In this document: positions 25,286 through 36,888 of the stretch, piece after piece
How positions within the stretch are numbered: the first letter of the stretch is position 1
How the letters are laid out: each line of letters begins with the position of its first letter
DNA from: Longimicrobiales bacterium
GTDB taxonomy: Bacteria > Gemmatimonadota > Gemmatimonadetes > Longimicrobiales > Gaopeijiaceae
Reading direction: 5' to 3'
Length of the DNA: 64,000 nt
NCBI GenBank assembly: GCA_965204735.1
Contig: OZ242008.1
Coordinates: 1,248,001-1,312,000 of the forward strand
Program-made: the position numbers and the translations under genes
The notes under the pieces: generated by a model
Seen by the model: the letters and a program-made list of their open reading frames with translations, nothing else
Databases searched by the model: none
Told to the model about the DNA's origin: nothing

Positions 25286-26710
25286 ATGGGAGTGGCGAAG
25301 GTGCTTTTCATTCGGCGCGCTCGGACCTGCCCCGGTGCGCGGGACCCCGAGATGAGGGGGCGCACCTATGCGATTCCGTTCGTTGCAGTGTGGAATGCGG
25401 CGCTGTCCCTGGCGGACGGGGGGCTGAAGGGATGGGAGATCGTGGGTTCGGACGACTTGGCCGGGGTGATCGAAGTCGACGCGACGAGCAGGGCGCTTTC
25501 CTTGCCGGCCAGGATCGTCGTCTCCGTCGGCCTGGACGCCGACGCCCAGACCCGAGTGGACCTGGAGGCGGAGGGGCGCCACATGGGAGGCGACCTGGGC
25601 GTCAACGTTCGACGGATCAAGCGCTTCGTGCGCGCGCTGGACGAGCTGCTGAGCGCTCGACCTGGACAGACTCCGCGCGCGGTCCTCGCCGCCCCTGCGG
25701 AACCGACCCGCAGGGAGTCGGCCGTCCTTGCGCCAACCCTGGCGGCGGCTCTTCTCCTGTTGCCTGCGGGCTGCTACCCCGGCGAGGACGCCGGCGGCCC
25801 GGCCGACCGGCGCGAGGGAGACGGCGACGCCGCTGTCGCACCCGTCATCGAGTCCGGCGAGACCTACCTGCGCACCGTCCTCTTCATGGACACGTCCCGC
25901 GACACCTCCATGTTCGTGCAGTGGGAGTGGGAAGCGCGCCTCGACTCGGGGGGCGTCCGGCGAACGATCCGGGGATGGCTCGGTCGAGTTTGGAGCACGC
26001 CGGCGCTCGGCGACGACGTTCGCGACGGCGGAAGCTGGGACCACTTCGCCACGGACGCCTGGACTTCCCGCCACGTCGGGCGGGAGTGGTGGCGCATCCG
26101 GCCCAGGGGCTGGGCGCGCCTCGTCATGGGCCCCGGCAACGTCCTTCAGGAAGTCTACTACCGCCAGCCGGACGAGGACCGGTTCCTTTCCGTCGCCTTG
26201 GGCGAGGCCGTCGCCGAGTGGCGCGGCCGGCGGGGAGAGCGCTATCAGGTTCTCCGGGGCAAGGCCGTGCTCGCGGACATGGAGATGGACGGGCTGGCGC
26301 TGGACGTGTCCGTTTCCCGATCCGCCAGTGCCGAAGGGCCGGCGGAGTGGGCACTTCTGGCCGGCGCGGACAGCCTCGTCGTGCTGCTCGTCGATCCCGA
26401 GGGTCCCGGTCCCCACCGCGCCTGGGCCCTTCGCGGGCTTCAGGAGATGTCCTGGTCGGAGGTGAGCGCCGAGTGGACGGAGGCGACGGCGTTGGACGGG
26501 AACCGGCGGATGGTTCCCGTGAAGTGGCAGCTCGCTTCGGACGACGGCGAGCTTCGGGGACACCTGGAGTCCACCAAGTCGTCGATCTTGTCGTTGGCGG
26601 GCGCCGGCCTCCTCTCGACCCTCGTGAGCGTCCAGGAAGTAGCCGGCGAAGTGACGGTCGAAGGGGCGCAGATCCCGGTCCGGGGCTTCCTGCGGCACGC
26701 CCAGCGATGA
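25286..26710 (+). CDS. DUF1499-like N-terminal domain fused through an internal lipobox to a large extracytoplasmic domain
   Basis: RBS AGGAGG; RGRTY..RVDL..GDLGVNVRRIKRF (DUF1499-like), then LAAALLLLPAGC. Confidence 0.65.
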   Translation: MGVAKVLFIRRARTCPGARDPEMRGRTYAIPFVAVWNAALSLADGGLKGWEIVGSDDLAGVIEVDATSRALSLPARIVVSVGLDADAQTRVDLEAEGRHMGGDLGVNVRRIKRFVRALDELLSARPGQTPRAVLAAPAEPTRRESAVLAPTLAAALLLLPAGCYPGEDAGGPADRREGDGDAAVAPVIESGETYLRTVLFMDTSRDTSMFVQWEWEARLDSGGVRRTIRGWLGRVWSTPALGDDVRDGGSWDHFATDAWTSRHVGREWWRIRPRGWARLVMGPGNVLQEVYYRQPDEDRFLSVALGEAVAEWRGRRGERYQVLRGKAVLADMEMDGLALDVSVSRSASAEGPAEWALLAGADSLVVLLVDPEGPGPHRAWALRGLQEMSWSEVSAEWTEATALDGNRRMVPVKWQLASDDGELRGHLESTKSSILSLAGAGLLSTLVSVQEVAGEVTVEGAQIPVRGFLRHAQR

Positions 26711-26765
26711 CCCCTCTTCCGGCGGCACGCCCGGCGGCGGCGGCCTCCCGTCGGACGGCGGTCCG

Positions 26766-28322
26766 GTGAGCGAGGAGCTGCTGCGGGGGATCGTCACCGT
26801 GGTCGGCGGCGCGGTTGCTGGCGGGCTCACCAACACGGTGGCGATCTGGATGCTCTTCCACCCGACGCGCCCTCCAGCCGTGCTGGGCCGGTCGATCCGG
26901 GCGCTCCAGGGGGCGATCCCGAAGAACCAGCCGCGACTGGCCAAGGCGATCGGCAATACCGTGGGGCGCCGTCTCCTGACCCAAGACGACCTTGCCCGCG
27001 TCTTCGGCGAACCCGCCTTCCGATCGGCCTTCGACCAGAAGCTGGACGACTTTCTCCGCCAGTTGCTGGAGGTGGAACGGGGCTCGTTGCGCGAGATCCT
27101 GGGTCCCGAGGGCGCGGCCAAGGCCGACCGGATCGCCGGCAAGGCGCTCGACCATGCGCTGCCCCGGCTGCGCGAGTACGTGGCGTCGGCCGCCTTCGAG
27201 TCCGCCGTCCAGGCCAAGGCGGGGGCTCTGGCCGCGTTCGTGGCCGACGCCTCGGCGGGCGACGTGCTGACCAGCGACCGACTGACCCGGATCGAGGACG
27301 CCGCGGCCGCGTGGATGGAACGGGCGGTCTCCGGCGACGGCTTTCGGGACGTCGTGGACGACTACGTCCGCCAAGGCGCCGGGAAGCTGCTGGCGTCGGA
27401 GGCGACCTTGGGGGAAGTGCTGCCGCCCAGCGTGCGGGACGCGCTGGCCAGGGCGGTGGCGGGGTACCTGCCGGCGGTCGTCCAGCAGCTGGGAAAGATG
27501 CTGGAGAGCCCGGCTTCCAGAACGCGCTTCGAGACGACCGTGCGCGAGATGCTGGGGCGGTTCAAGGACGACTTGAAGCTGCACCAGAAGGTGATGGCCA
27601 AGCTGGTCTTGAAGGACGACATGGTGGGGCGCGCGCTCGACGCCCTGGAGGCCGACGGCGTGAACCGGATCGCCGAGCTCCTTCGGGAGCGCGCCGTTCA
27701 GAGGGACACGGCGAAGTGGATTCGCGAAGCCTTGGACCGGCCCCTGAACCAGATCCTGGGCGACCCGGAGGACCCGTCGCTGGCCGGCTCCCTGGACACG
27801 GCGGTGGAGTGGATCGTGGACTTGGCCCGGGCGCCCGCGACCCGGGCGTTCGTCGCCGAGAGGCTCGCGGCTTTCCTGGAACGCGCTTCGGAGCGCACTT
27901 GGGGCGAACTCGCCGGCGGCATCTCGCCGCAACGCGCGTCGGCGCTGGTGGTGGAGGCGGCCCGCAGCGAGATGGCGGACTCGCTCTGCCGGGAAGGTGC
28001 CCAGCGACTGGCGGCCTTCGCGCTCGATCGACCCATCGGCCGACCCGCCCGCCTTCTCCCCGGCAACACGGTCGAGCGCGTCCGGCAGGCTGCCGGCGAC
28101 CCCATGTGGAGCTGGATGCAGGGCCAGGTCCCGAAGGTCGTGGCCAAGGTGGACGTGGCCAAGCAGGTCGAGGACAAGGTCAGGGAGTTCCCCGTCAAGG
28201 ACCTGGAGACCCTGGTGCGCCGAGTGACGGAGCGGGAGCTGAAGATGATCGTGTGGCTGGGCTACGGCCTAGGCGCGTTCGTCGGCGCATTCCTGGTCGG
28301 CGTCAACTGGCTTTGGGGCTGA
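26766..28322 (+). CDS. DUF445 family membrane protein
   Basis: GGLTNTVAIWMLFHP..QGAIPK..RLAKAIG; C-terminal RELKMIVWLGYGLG. Confidence 0.88.
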   Translation: MSEELLRGIVTVVGGAVAGGLTNTVAIWMLFHPTRPPAVLGRSIRALQGAIPKNQPRLAKAIGNTVGRRLLTQDDLARVFGEPAFRSAFDQKLDDFLRQLLEVERGSLREILGPEGAAKADRIAGKALDHALPRLREYVASAAFESAVQAKAGALAAFVADASAGDVLTSDRLTRIEDAAAAWMERAVSGDGFRDVVDDYVRQGAGKLLASEATLGEVLPPSVRDALARAVAGYLPAVVQQLGKMLESPASRTRFETTVREMLGRFKDDLKLHQKVMAKLVLKDDMVGRALDALEADGVNRIAELLRERAVQRDTAKWIREALDRPLNQILGDPEDPSLAGSLDTAVEWIVDLARAPATRAFVAERLAAFLERASERTWGELAGGISPQRASALVVEAARSEMADSLCREGAQRLAAFALDRPIGRPARLLPGNTVERVRQAAGDPMWSWMQGQVPKVVAKVDVAKQVEDKVREFPVKDLETLVRRVTERELKMIVWLGYGLGAFVGAFLVGVNWLWG

Positions 28323-28637
28323 CGAAGGAGCCCGGTCCCGCTCCCTCCGCGCGGCCTCGACGGCGCCGAAGGCGGTCTGGAAAGGAGCTCGTCCCCCGCG
28401 ACGACGCACCGAAGCGCGCTGCGCCGCCGAGAGGAGCCCGTCGACGAGGGTGAAGTGCCGCTTCACGGACTTGCTTTCCGCGCTTCTCGCCAGCGCTCCC
28501 TCCAGCTCCGCCAAGTGGCGCGGGTCGTGGGCGCCGGTGCGGGTCCGGCGACGGCCCGTCCCGTGCTTCCCGGGCAGGCCCAGCCACACCCCGAGCAGGA
28601 AGGCGACCACGGCGCCGAGAACGAAGTAGACGGTCAT
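28269..28637 (-). CDS. Small hypothetical membrane protein
   Basis: MTVYFVLGAVVAFLLGVWLGLPG; ATGA-coupled to the TerB-family stop. Confidence 0.6.
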   Translation of the reverse strand: MTVYFVLGAVVAFLLGVWLGLPGKHGTGRRRTRTGAHDPRHLAELEGALARSAESKSVKRHFTLVDGLLSAAQRASVRRRGGRAPFQTAFGAVEAARRERDRAPSSAPKPVDADQECADERA

Positions 28638-29311
28638 GCGGGCCGCCGCTCCGCGCCGCCGCGCGCCGGGTCGCTGCCGCGCGCGGGACCGGAGCCGGCG
28701 TCGGCGTTCGCGTCGGGGCCGGCGGCAGAGGCGCCGTTCGGGCCGGCGGGCGAGGCGTTCGCGTCCGGTCCGGCGGCAGATGCATTCGCGTCGGGTCCGG
28801 CGGCAGATGTGTTCGCGTCCGGTCCGGCCAAGGGCGCCGCCTCTTTCCCCCGCGCCGACTCGTGACGCTTGCGCGCTTCGGAGAGGTAGCCGGGCTTGAG
28901 CGCCAGCAGACCCGACAGCTTCCGCATGATGTAGTCCTCCCGACCGACCAGGTCGCCGTCGGCCAGCACCAGTCCCCACATCGCCTCCGCCAACACCATC
29001 TTCTGGCCCACCGAGTAGTGGTCCCGGATCAGGGCAGTGAAGCCCCAAAGGTCCACCCTCCTCCGGCGCTCGTCGTCGGCCAGGGCGATCAGCTCCTCCG
29101 CCTCCTCCGGCTTGAGCCCGAAGTGGCGTCTCACCAAGCTGCGCAGATGTCGCCGCTCGTCGGCGCTGAAGTAGTCGTCGGCGTACGCCACCTCCAGAAG
29201 CAGGGCGCACGCTGCGATCCGCAGCTCCTCCGGGCCGACGCCCTCGGAGAACTCCGCCTCGGGCGCCGAAGCCACTCCCCCGTGGAGAAAGGCCCTGAGC
29301 CGCTCGATCAT
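28634..29311 (-). CDS. TerB family protein with a repetitive C-terminal tail
   Basis: IAACALLLEVAYADDYFSADER..FGL..DLWGFT..MWGLVLADG; tail of AGPDANASA repeats. Confidence 0.85.
   Translation of the reverse strand: MIERLRAFLHGGVASAPEAEFSEGVGPEELRIAACALLLEVAYADDYFSADERRHLRSLVRRHFGLKPEEAEELIALADDERRRRVDLWGFTALIRDHYSVGQKMVLAEAMWGLVLADGDLVGREDYIMRKLSGLLALKPGYLSEARKRHESARGKEAAPLAGPDANTSAAGPDANASAAGPDANASPAGPNGASAAGPDANADAGSGPARGSDPARGGAERRPA
28703..28830. repeat. ~27-bp tandem repeat (about 5 degenerate copies; AGPDAN(T/A)SA)
   Basis: ttcgcgtc(c/g)gg(t/g)ccggc repeated. Confidence 0.85.
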
Positions 29312-29685
29312 CGGGACCGCTCCCCGTCCGGGGCGCGCCGGCACTCGTCGCGCACCCACGCCAAGTAAGCCGCGGAGCCCCCCGCCACGTCGTGGACCAG
29401 TAGCTCGGGCACCTCGTACGGATGCAGCTCCTCCGCCCGTTCCAAGAGCCGTGCCGCCGACTCCCGCGCGCTCTTCATCACCACGACGACCTCTTCGTCG
29501 CGCTGCACCTTCCCCTCCCACCGGTAGAGGCTGGTGGCCCCCGGCAGGACGTTCCCGCACGCCACCAGCCCCTCGTCCAGCAGCCGGCGCACGATCCTTT
29601 CGGCCGTGGGCGCGTCGGGCGCCGTCATGAGAACCGTGACGACGCCGACAGACTCGGCGGCGGTCCCGTCGCGACGTCCGGTCAA
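29308..29685 (-). CDS. cutA: Divalent-cation tolerance protein CutA
   Basis: TAPD..AERI...LL..GLVACGN..SLYRWEGKV..E..K..HPYEVPE...YLAW; start approximate. Confidence 0.9.
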   Translation of the reverse strand: MTGRRDGTAAESVGVVTVLMTAPDAPTAERIVRRLLDEGLVACGNVLPGATSLYRWEGKVQRDEEVVVVMKSARESAARLLERAEELHPYEVPELLVHDVAGGSAAYLAWVRDECRRAPDGERSR

Positions 29686-29723
29686 GGCGTGCCCGGCGGC
29701 GCAGCCCGGCTCCGCGCTTCTCG

Positions 29724-31571
<1,848 letters not shown>

Positions 31572-31576
31572 GGCGC

Positions 31577-32011
31577 CTACACTCCCTCCAGGACGATCTC
31601 CACCGGAACGTCCCGCCTCAGGGAAAACAGAACGGAGCAGTACTTCTGCCGGGACAGCTCGATCGCGCGCTCCACCTTGGAGCGGTCGTCGGGAGCGACC
31701 CCGGCCACCCGAACCACCAGGCGCAGGGCGGTGTAGCATCGCGGCGGCTCGTCCGCGCGCTCTCCTTGGGCCTCCACGTCGAGGGCGTCGAGGGGCACCC
31801 TGCCCTTCTCCAGGATCGCCCTCACGTCGATGGCCATGCAGCCCGCCACCGCCATCAGCACCAAGTCCATGGGAGACGGTCCGACGGCGGCGTCGCCGTC
31901 CACGACGAGCTGGGGTCCGCCGACCGGGCCGCCGTCGAACGTCGTCCCCGACCCCGTCCACGACAGTCGGACCTCCTTGTCGAACTTCGCGTCCGGGCGC
32001 GTGGAGCTCAT
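31577..32011 (-). CDS. OsmC/YhfA family protein
   Basis: GPSPMDLVL.AVAGC..DV..IL.KGR; RAIELS..KYCSV. Confidence 0.9.
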   Translation of the reverse strand: MSSTRPDAKFDKEVRLSWTGSGTTFDGGPVGGPQLVVDGDAAVGPSPMDLVLMAVAGCMAIDVRAILEKGRVPLDALDVEAQGERADEPPRCYTALRLVVRVAGVAPDDRSKVERAIELSRQKYCSVLFSLRRDVPVEIVLEGV

Positions 32012-32090
32012 GGGGCCGGTCGTCTCGTGGAAGGTCTCACCCGACCTGCGCGTCTGCGCGCGGAACTTGTCATCGTTGCTCCTCCTGCGG

Positions 32091-32531
32091 TCAGGCCTCG
32101 TGGGGAGCGGCTTCGTCGCGGACCGCGCCCTGGAGCTCCTGCAGCGTGGTGCGGGCGTGGTCCACGTGATCCGACGCGCCCGGAGGGGGACTTCCGGCCA
32201 GAAACGCTTCCAGATGGCGAACCGCGTTGTCGCGCTGGCCGTGGCGGAGAAGAAGGAACGCCAAGCCGTAGTGGGCGCCCGGCGACTCCGGGTTCCGGTT
32301 GAGGACGTGGCGGTAGGTCTTGATGGCTTCGTCCTCCATGCCCATGCGGGTGTAGGCGATGGCGATCTGCTGCAGGACGATGGGGTCTCCCGGAGATTCC
32401 TTGAGCGCAAGGCGAAACGACGTCAGGGCCTCGTGAAACTTCCCCTCTCGGGCAAGGGCGAGCCCTTCCTCGTAGTAGTCGATCCGCTCGGCGCGGCTTG
32501 GACTGCCGAAAAACTTGTTCCACAACGACAT
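32091..32531 (-). CDS. Tetratricopeptide repeat protein
   Basis: YYEEGLALAREGKFHEALTSFRLAL..P.D..AYTRMG..EAI..Y..AHYGLA. Confidence 0.85.
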   Translation of the reverse strand: MSLWNKFFGSPSRAERIDYYEEGLALAREGKFHEALTSFRLALKESPGDPIVLQQIAIAYTRMGMEDEAIKTYRHVLNRNPESPGAHYGLAFLLLRHGQRDNAVRHLEAFLAGSPPPGASDHVDHARTTLQELQGAVRDEAAPHEA

Positions 32532-32867
32532 GTACGAAGGCCACCGTCTCTGCTTCGAGGTACTCTGAGGACGACGAACCGGCGCCCCGGCGCCGAATCT
32601 TCCAAGGTACCGGATTCTACGAGTCGGACAAGTCGGCGGACCGCTCGGCGGACCGCGGCCGGCCGAGACCCGTCGATGCCGGTGGAACTTTCGCGCATGT
32701 CGCGGCGTATGAGTACGTATCCGGCTCGTTGCCCCAGGGGCGAGCGGGGTTCGTTGCCCAGGGGCGAGCGGCGAGCCGGGAGTTTGCGCCACGACCGAAC
32801 AGCGCACCCGCCGGCGCTTGGCGAGACCCGCCCGCCGGCGCGTGCGCAGGACCGCAAGGAGGCGGAG

Positions 32868-34154
32868 ATGACCCGAGCGCCCAGACTCCGAGAAGACGTC
32901 AGAAACATCCTCGTGATCGGAGGATCGGCGCTGGCCGGCGTCGTCCTCCTGACCGCGGTTTCGCTGGCGGGCCGGTCCTTCTCGCCCCGCTCGCCGTGGT
33001 CCGCGGCCTCGACCCCTGCCGAGGCGCCCTCCGACGCCGTCGGCTTTCCGACCGACGGCTACGAAGTGGTGGAGCCCCTTTCGGGCAGCAACCGCCTCTA
33101 CGGGACCGTCCGTTCCAAGCGGGGCGAGGTGTACGAAGGCTTCCTTCGGTGGGATCGGAACGAAGGGAGCTGGGGCGACTTGCTGGACGGGACGAAGCTG
33201 GCCGACGGCCGCACCGCGCTCTCCGGCGTCCGCTTCGGTCACGTGCGCTCGATTCAGCCCGTGGGCCACGACCAGGCGATCCTGGCCCTGCGTTCCGGCC
33301 AAACGGTCGACATGAGCGCCCGCGGCACCGACTTGGGCAGCAGGTTCCGGGGTCTCGTGGTCACGGACTTCCGCGACGGCGCCGTCCACAGGGGCGACGT
33401 GGAGCTGGAGTGGGACGAGGTCGCCGAGGTGGAGTTCGCTGCGGCGCCCGCCGGGATCGACCCGCCGGGAAGCAGGCTCCACGGCACTCTCGTCACCCGC
33501 TCCGGGATGACGGTCACCGGCTACGTGACGTGGGACGTGGACGAGATCCACTCGGCGGACGAGCTGGACGGAGACGCCGGAGGCCGTCGCTTCGAGGTGC
33601 CCTTCGGCGCAATCGCTTCGATTCGGCAGGCCGGCTCCCGGGGCGCCGAGGTGACGCTCCACACAGGCGAAGCCGTCGTGCTGCATGGGACGAACGACGT
33701 CAACGCCGAGAACCGGGGGATCGCGGTTTCGGACCCGGGGCTGGGAGCGGTCTCGGTCGAGTGGAGCGAGTTCGAGAGCGTGCGCTTCCACGCCCCCGAG
33801 AACGAGGAGTCCTACGGCGACTTCGACGGCGGACGGCCGCTGCGGGGCGTCGTGCTCACGGTTTCCGGGGACGAGCTCTCCGGCAACGTCCGATGGGACC
33901 GGGACGAGGCGCGCAGCTGGGAGGTGCTCAACGGCCGCGCGGCCGGCGCGGAGTTCTTCGTCGAGTTCTCGAAGATCGCCCGGATCGAGCGTGTCGGCGA
34001 CGGCGCCGAGGTGACGCTGCGCGACGGAAGGCGCCTCCACTTGAAGGGCTCCAACGACGTGGACGACGGCAACCGGGGCATTGTGGTGGAGTCCGACGGC
34101 CGGAGCAGGACCGTGGCGTGGGGCGACTTCGTGGGGCTTCGGCTGGAGCGGTAG
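32868..34154 (+). CDS. Membrane-anchored or secreted protein with three internal ~130-140-aa repeats
   Basis: RBS AAGGAGG; N-terminal TM; L(Y/H/R)G..G....G...WD..E.....L(D/N)G repeated 3 times. Confidence 0.8.
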   Translation: MTRAPRLREDVRNILVIGGSALAGVVLLTAVSLAGRSFSPRSPWSAASTPAEAPSDAVGFPTDGYEVVEPLSGSNRLYGTVRSKRGEVYEGFLRWDRNEGSWGDLLDGTKLADGRTALSGVRFGHVRSIQPVGHDQAILALRSGQTVDMSARGTDLGSRFRGLVVTDFRDGAVHRGDVELEWDEVAEVEFAAAPAGIDPPGSRLHGTLVTRSGMTVTGYVTWDVDEIHSADELDGDAGGRRFEVPFGAIASIRQAGSRGAEVTLHTGEAVVLHGTNDVNAENRGIAVSDPGLGAVSVEWSEFESVRFHAPENEESYGDFDGGRPLRGVVLTVSGDELSGNVRWDRDEARSWEVLNGRAAGAEFFVEFSKIARIERVGDGAEVTLRDGRRLHLKGSNDVDDGNRGIVVESDGRSRTVAWGDFVGLRLER

Positions 34155-34227
34155 GCGGGCTTCCTTCCGGTCGGTCGAGGACTGCGGGCCGGTCCCGGCC
34201 GACCTTCGCCGCCGGAGCGGCCTGCGC

Positions 34228-35700
34228 CTACTTCACGTCGCCCATCAGCCGCTTGAAGACGGGGCTTGCGGCCAGCGCCACGATCCCTGCGCCGCCGATG
34301 ATCATGGCGACCGCGCTGAAGAGCGGCGCCGGCGCGAGGGATTCGAGCCTGCCGGCCACCAGTCCCGCCACCACGTTGCCGAGCGAGGTGGCCACGAACC
34401 ACAGCCCCATCATCTGGCTGAGGCGGCGGGCCGGAGCCAGCTTCGTGACGGCCGAGAGGCCGATGGGGGAGAGGGCCAGCTCGCCCACCGTGTGGAAGAA
34501 GTACATGACGACCAGCCACGACGCCGAGGCCGGGTTCTCCGCCGTGGCATTGGCCGCGCCCCAGGCGACGACCAGGAACCCGGCCGCGAGCCAAAGAAGC
34601 CCCAGGGCGAACTTGACCGGAGTGGACGGGTTGGCGTTGCGCTTGGCCAGCCACACCCACAGCCACCCGAAGACCGGCGCGAAGACCACGATGAAGAAGG
34701 CGTTGACCGACTGGAGGTAGGACGCCGGGTACTCCCATCTGCCGATCGTGCGGTCGGTGAAGTCGCGGGCGAAGAGGTTCAGCGACGATCCGGCCTGCTC
34801 GAAGCCGGACCAGAAGACCGTGGCCAGGATCGCGAACCAGAAGATCGTCACGATCTTCCTCTTCTCGGCGCCGTCGTGTCCGCCCCAGAAGATCAAGTAC
34901 AGGAAGTACGTCACGATCACGCCCCCGACGACCCAGACGAAGCTCGCCGCAATGTCGGGCAGCGTCGCTTCGACCACGCCCCGCCGGACGAGCAGCCCGA
35001 AGGCCGTCAGAGCCATGACGACGCCGACGCAGCCGCCGAAGAACCGCCGGCTCAGGCGCTTGAGCTGCTCCGGCGTCCGGTCGCTGCGAAAGACGCCCGC
35101 GTCGCCGAGGGCGCGATAGCCCAGGCGGAACTGAATCACTCCCAGCACCATGCCGACCCCCGCCGCGGAGAAGCCCCAGTGCCAGTTGACGTCCTCGCCG
35201 AGGAAGCCGCAGACGATCGGGCCGGCCAAGGCGCCCAGGTTGATCCCCATGTAGAAGATCGAGAACCCGGCGTCGCGCCGCGTCCCGCCCTCCGGGTAGA
35301 GGTCGGCGACCACCGAGCTCACGTTGGGCTTCAGCAGGCCCGTGCCGACGATGATCAGCCCCAGTCCCAGGAAGAACGCGAAGGCATGGGGCACCGCCAT
35401 GCTGAAGTGCCCGGCCGCAATGACGCAGCCCCCGACGAAGACGGCCTTTCGCTGCCCCCAGAGCTGGTCCGCCACCCAGCCACCCGGCAGTCCCAGCAAG
35501 TACACCAAGCCGGTGTAGAGCCCGTAGACCGCCGTGGCGGTGGGGACGTCCATGCCCATCCCCGGGTTCTCCGCGACGGTCGCGCCGGTCATGAAGAGGA
35601 CCAGGAGCGCGCGCATTCCGTAGTAGGAGAAGCGCTCCCACATCTCCGTGAAGAAGAGCGTGTAGAGCCCGCGGGGGTGGCGGGCGGATGCTGCGGTCAT
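34228..35700 (-). CDS. POT/PTR family proton-dependent oligopeptide transporter
   Basis: FFTEMWERFSYYGMR, GTGLLKPN, FYMGINLG, FEQAGSSL, QSVN, GELALSPIGLS. Confidence 0.96.
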   Translation of the reverse strand: MTAASARHPRGLYTLFFTEMWERFSYYGMRALLVLFMTGATVAENPGMGMDVPTATAVYGLYTGLVYLLGLPGGWVADQLWGQRKAVFVGGCVIAAGHFSMAVPHAFAFFLGLGLIIVGTGLLKPNVSSVVADLYPEGGTRRDAGFSIFYMGINLGALAGPIVCGFLGEDVNWHWGFSAAGVGMVLGVIQFRLGYRALGDAGVFRSDRTPEQLKRLSRRFFGGCVGVVMALTAFGLLVRRGVVEATLPDIAASFVWVVGGVIVTYFLYLIFWGGHDGAEKRKIVTIFWFAILATVFWSGFEQAGSSLNLFARDFTDRTIGRWEYPASYLQSVNAFFIVVFAPVFGWLWVWLAKRNANPSTPVKFALGLLWLAAGFLVVAWGAANATAENPASASWLVVMYFFHTVGELALSPIGLSAVTKLAPARRLSQMMGLWFVATSLGNVVAGLVAGRLESLAPAPLFSAVAMIIGGAGIVALAASPVFKRLMGDVK

Positions 35701-35862
35701 GTCGCCTCCTGGGCGAGGTAGCGGCCGGGCTCGGGCCGCACGGAAGTGAGGGCAAGATAGGCCACGAGCCCCGGCGCTGCGAACGGCGTTGGCCCGGCGC
35801 TGCGAACGGCGTGCCCGCCTATGGTCCTGTCCCAGCGTTGTGCAGCGCGCTGCGCTCCCGCG

Positions 35863-36888
35863 TCAGGCCGCGCGAGGGCCCCTTGGCGTTCGGCCTTCCA
35901 GGACCGCGCCGAGGACGTGGGCGTCGATGTTGCCGCCGGAGACGACCGCGACTACCGGCCCCTGGACCGGCGCGGGCAGTCCCTTCAGGACGGCCGCCAC
36001 GGCGGCGGCGCCCGCGCCCTCGGCGACGACACGGGCCTTCTCGGCCAGTCCGCGCAGCGCCGCGCACACGTCGCGAAGGGAGACCACCAGAGAGCCGGCC
36101 AGGACCGAGCGCGCCATCGGCCACATCTCCGGCAGCACGCACTTGGCGCCGATCCCGTCCACGAACGACGGCAGGTGGCGCACTCTCGTCGGTCGGCCCG
36201 CCCTGAGCGACGCGGCGAAGGGCGCCGCCGTCTCCACCTCGGCCGCGTACACGGGCACCCCTGGGCGAAGTTGGCGCACGGCGGACGCGATCCCGCACGA
36301 CAGACCGCCGCCGCCGTAGGGAACCACGACGGCGCCCACGTCCGGCAGCTCCTCGACGATCTCGAGCCCGGCGGTGCCGTTGCCCGCGATCACGGCCGCG
36401 TCGCTCACCGGGTGGACGAAGTATCCCCGCTCGCCTTCGCGCCCGTGCTGCTCGAGCACGGCCCACCACTCGTCGAACGGCAGGGGCACGGCGGTGGCGC
36501 CGAGCCGCGCCACGGCGTCCAGCTTGGCCCGGGGCGCGGTCTCGGGCACGACCACCCGACAGGGCACGTTCATTCGTCGGGCGGCGAACGCCACTCCCTG
36601 CGCCATGTTCCCCGCGCTGCCGGTGTAGACGCCGTCCGCGAGCTTGTCGGGACCGGCCAGGGCCATCGCGTTGGCTGCTCCTCGGACCTTGAACGACCCG
36701 GTGGGCTGAAGGCACTCCAGCTTGATCCACAGCCCCCCGGGAGGCAGGCCGGGCAGGTCCAGCCGCAGAAGAGGGGAGCGGATCGCGGTCCCGTCGATCC
36801 GTTCCCGGGCGGCCCGAACGGACGTCATCGAGGCCGGCGCCAGAGGGGCAGGTGGTCCGGGCGCTCCGCCCACGGCCTGCGTGGTCAC
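35863..36888 (-). CDS. PLP-dependent threonine/serine dehydratase-like enzyme
   Basis: KLECLQPTGSFKVRGA, SAGN, PYGGGGL, VAEGAGAAAVAA, VSGGNID. Confidence 0.9.
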   Translation of the reverse strand: MTTQAVGGAPGPPAPLAPASMTSVRAARERIDGTAIRSPLLRLDLPGLPPGGLWIKLECLQPTGSFKVRGAANAMALAGPDKLADGVYTGSAGNMAQGVAFAARRMNVPCRVVVPETAPRAKLDAVARLGATAVPLPFDEWWAVLEQHGREGERGYFVHPVSDAAVIAGNGTAGLEIVEELPDVGAVVVPYGGGGLSCGIASAVRQLRPGVPVYAAEVETAAPFAASLRAGRPTRVRHLPSFVDGIGAKCVLPEMWPMARSVLAGSLVVSLRDVCAALRGLAEKARVVAEGAGAAAVAAVLKGLPAPVQGPVVAVVSGGNIDAHVLGAVLEGRTPRGPRAA

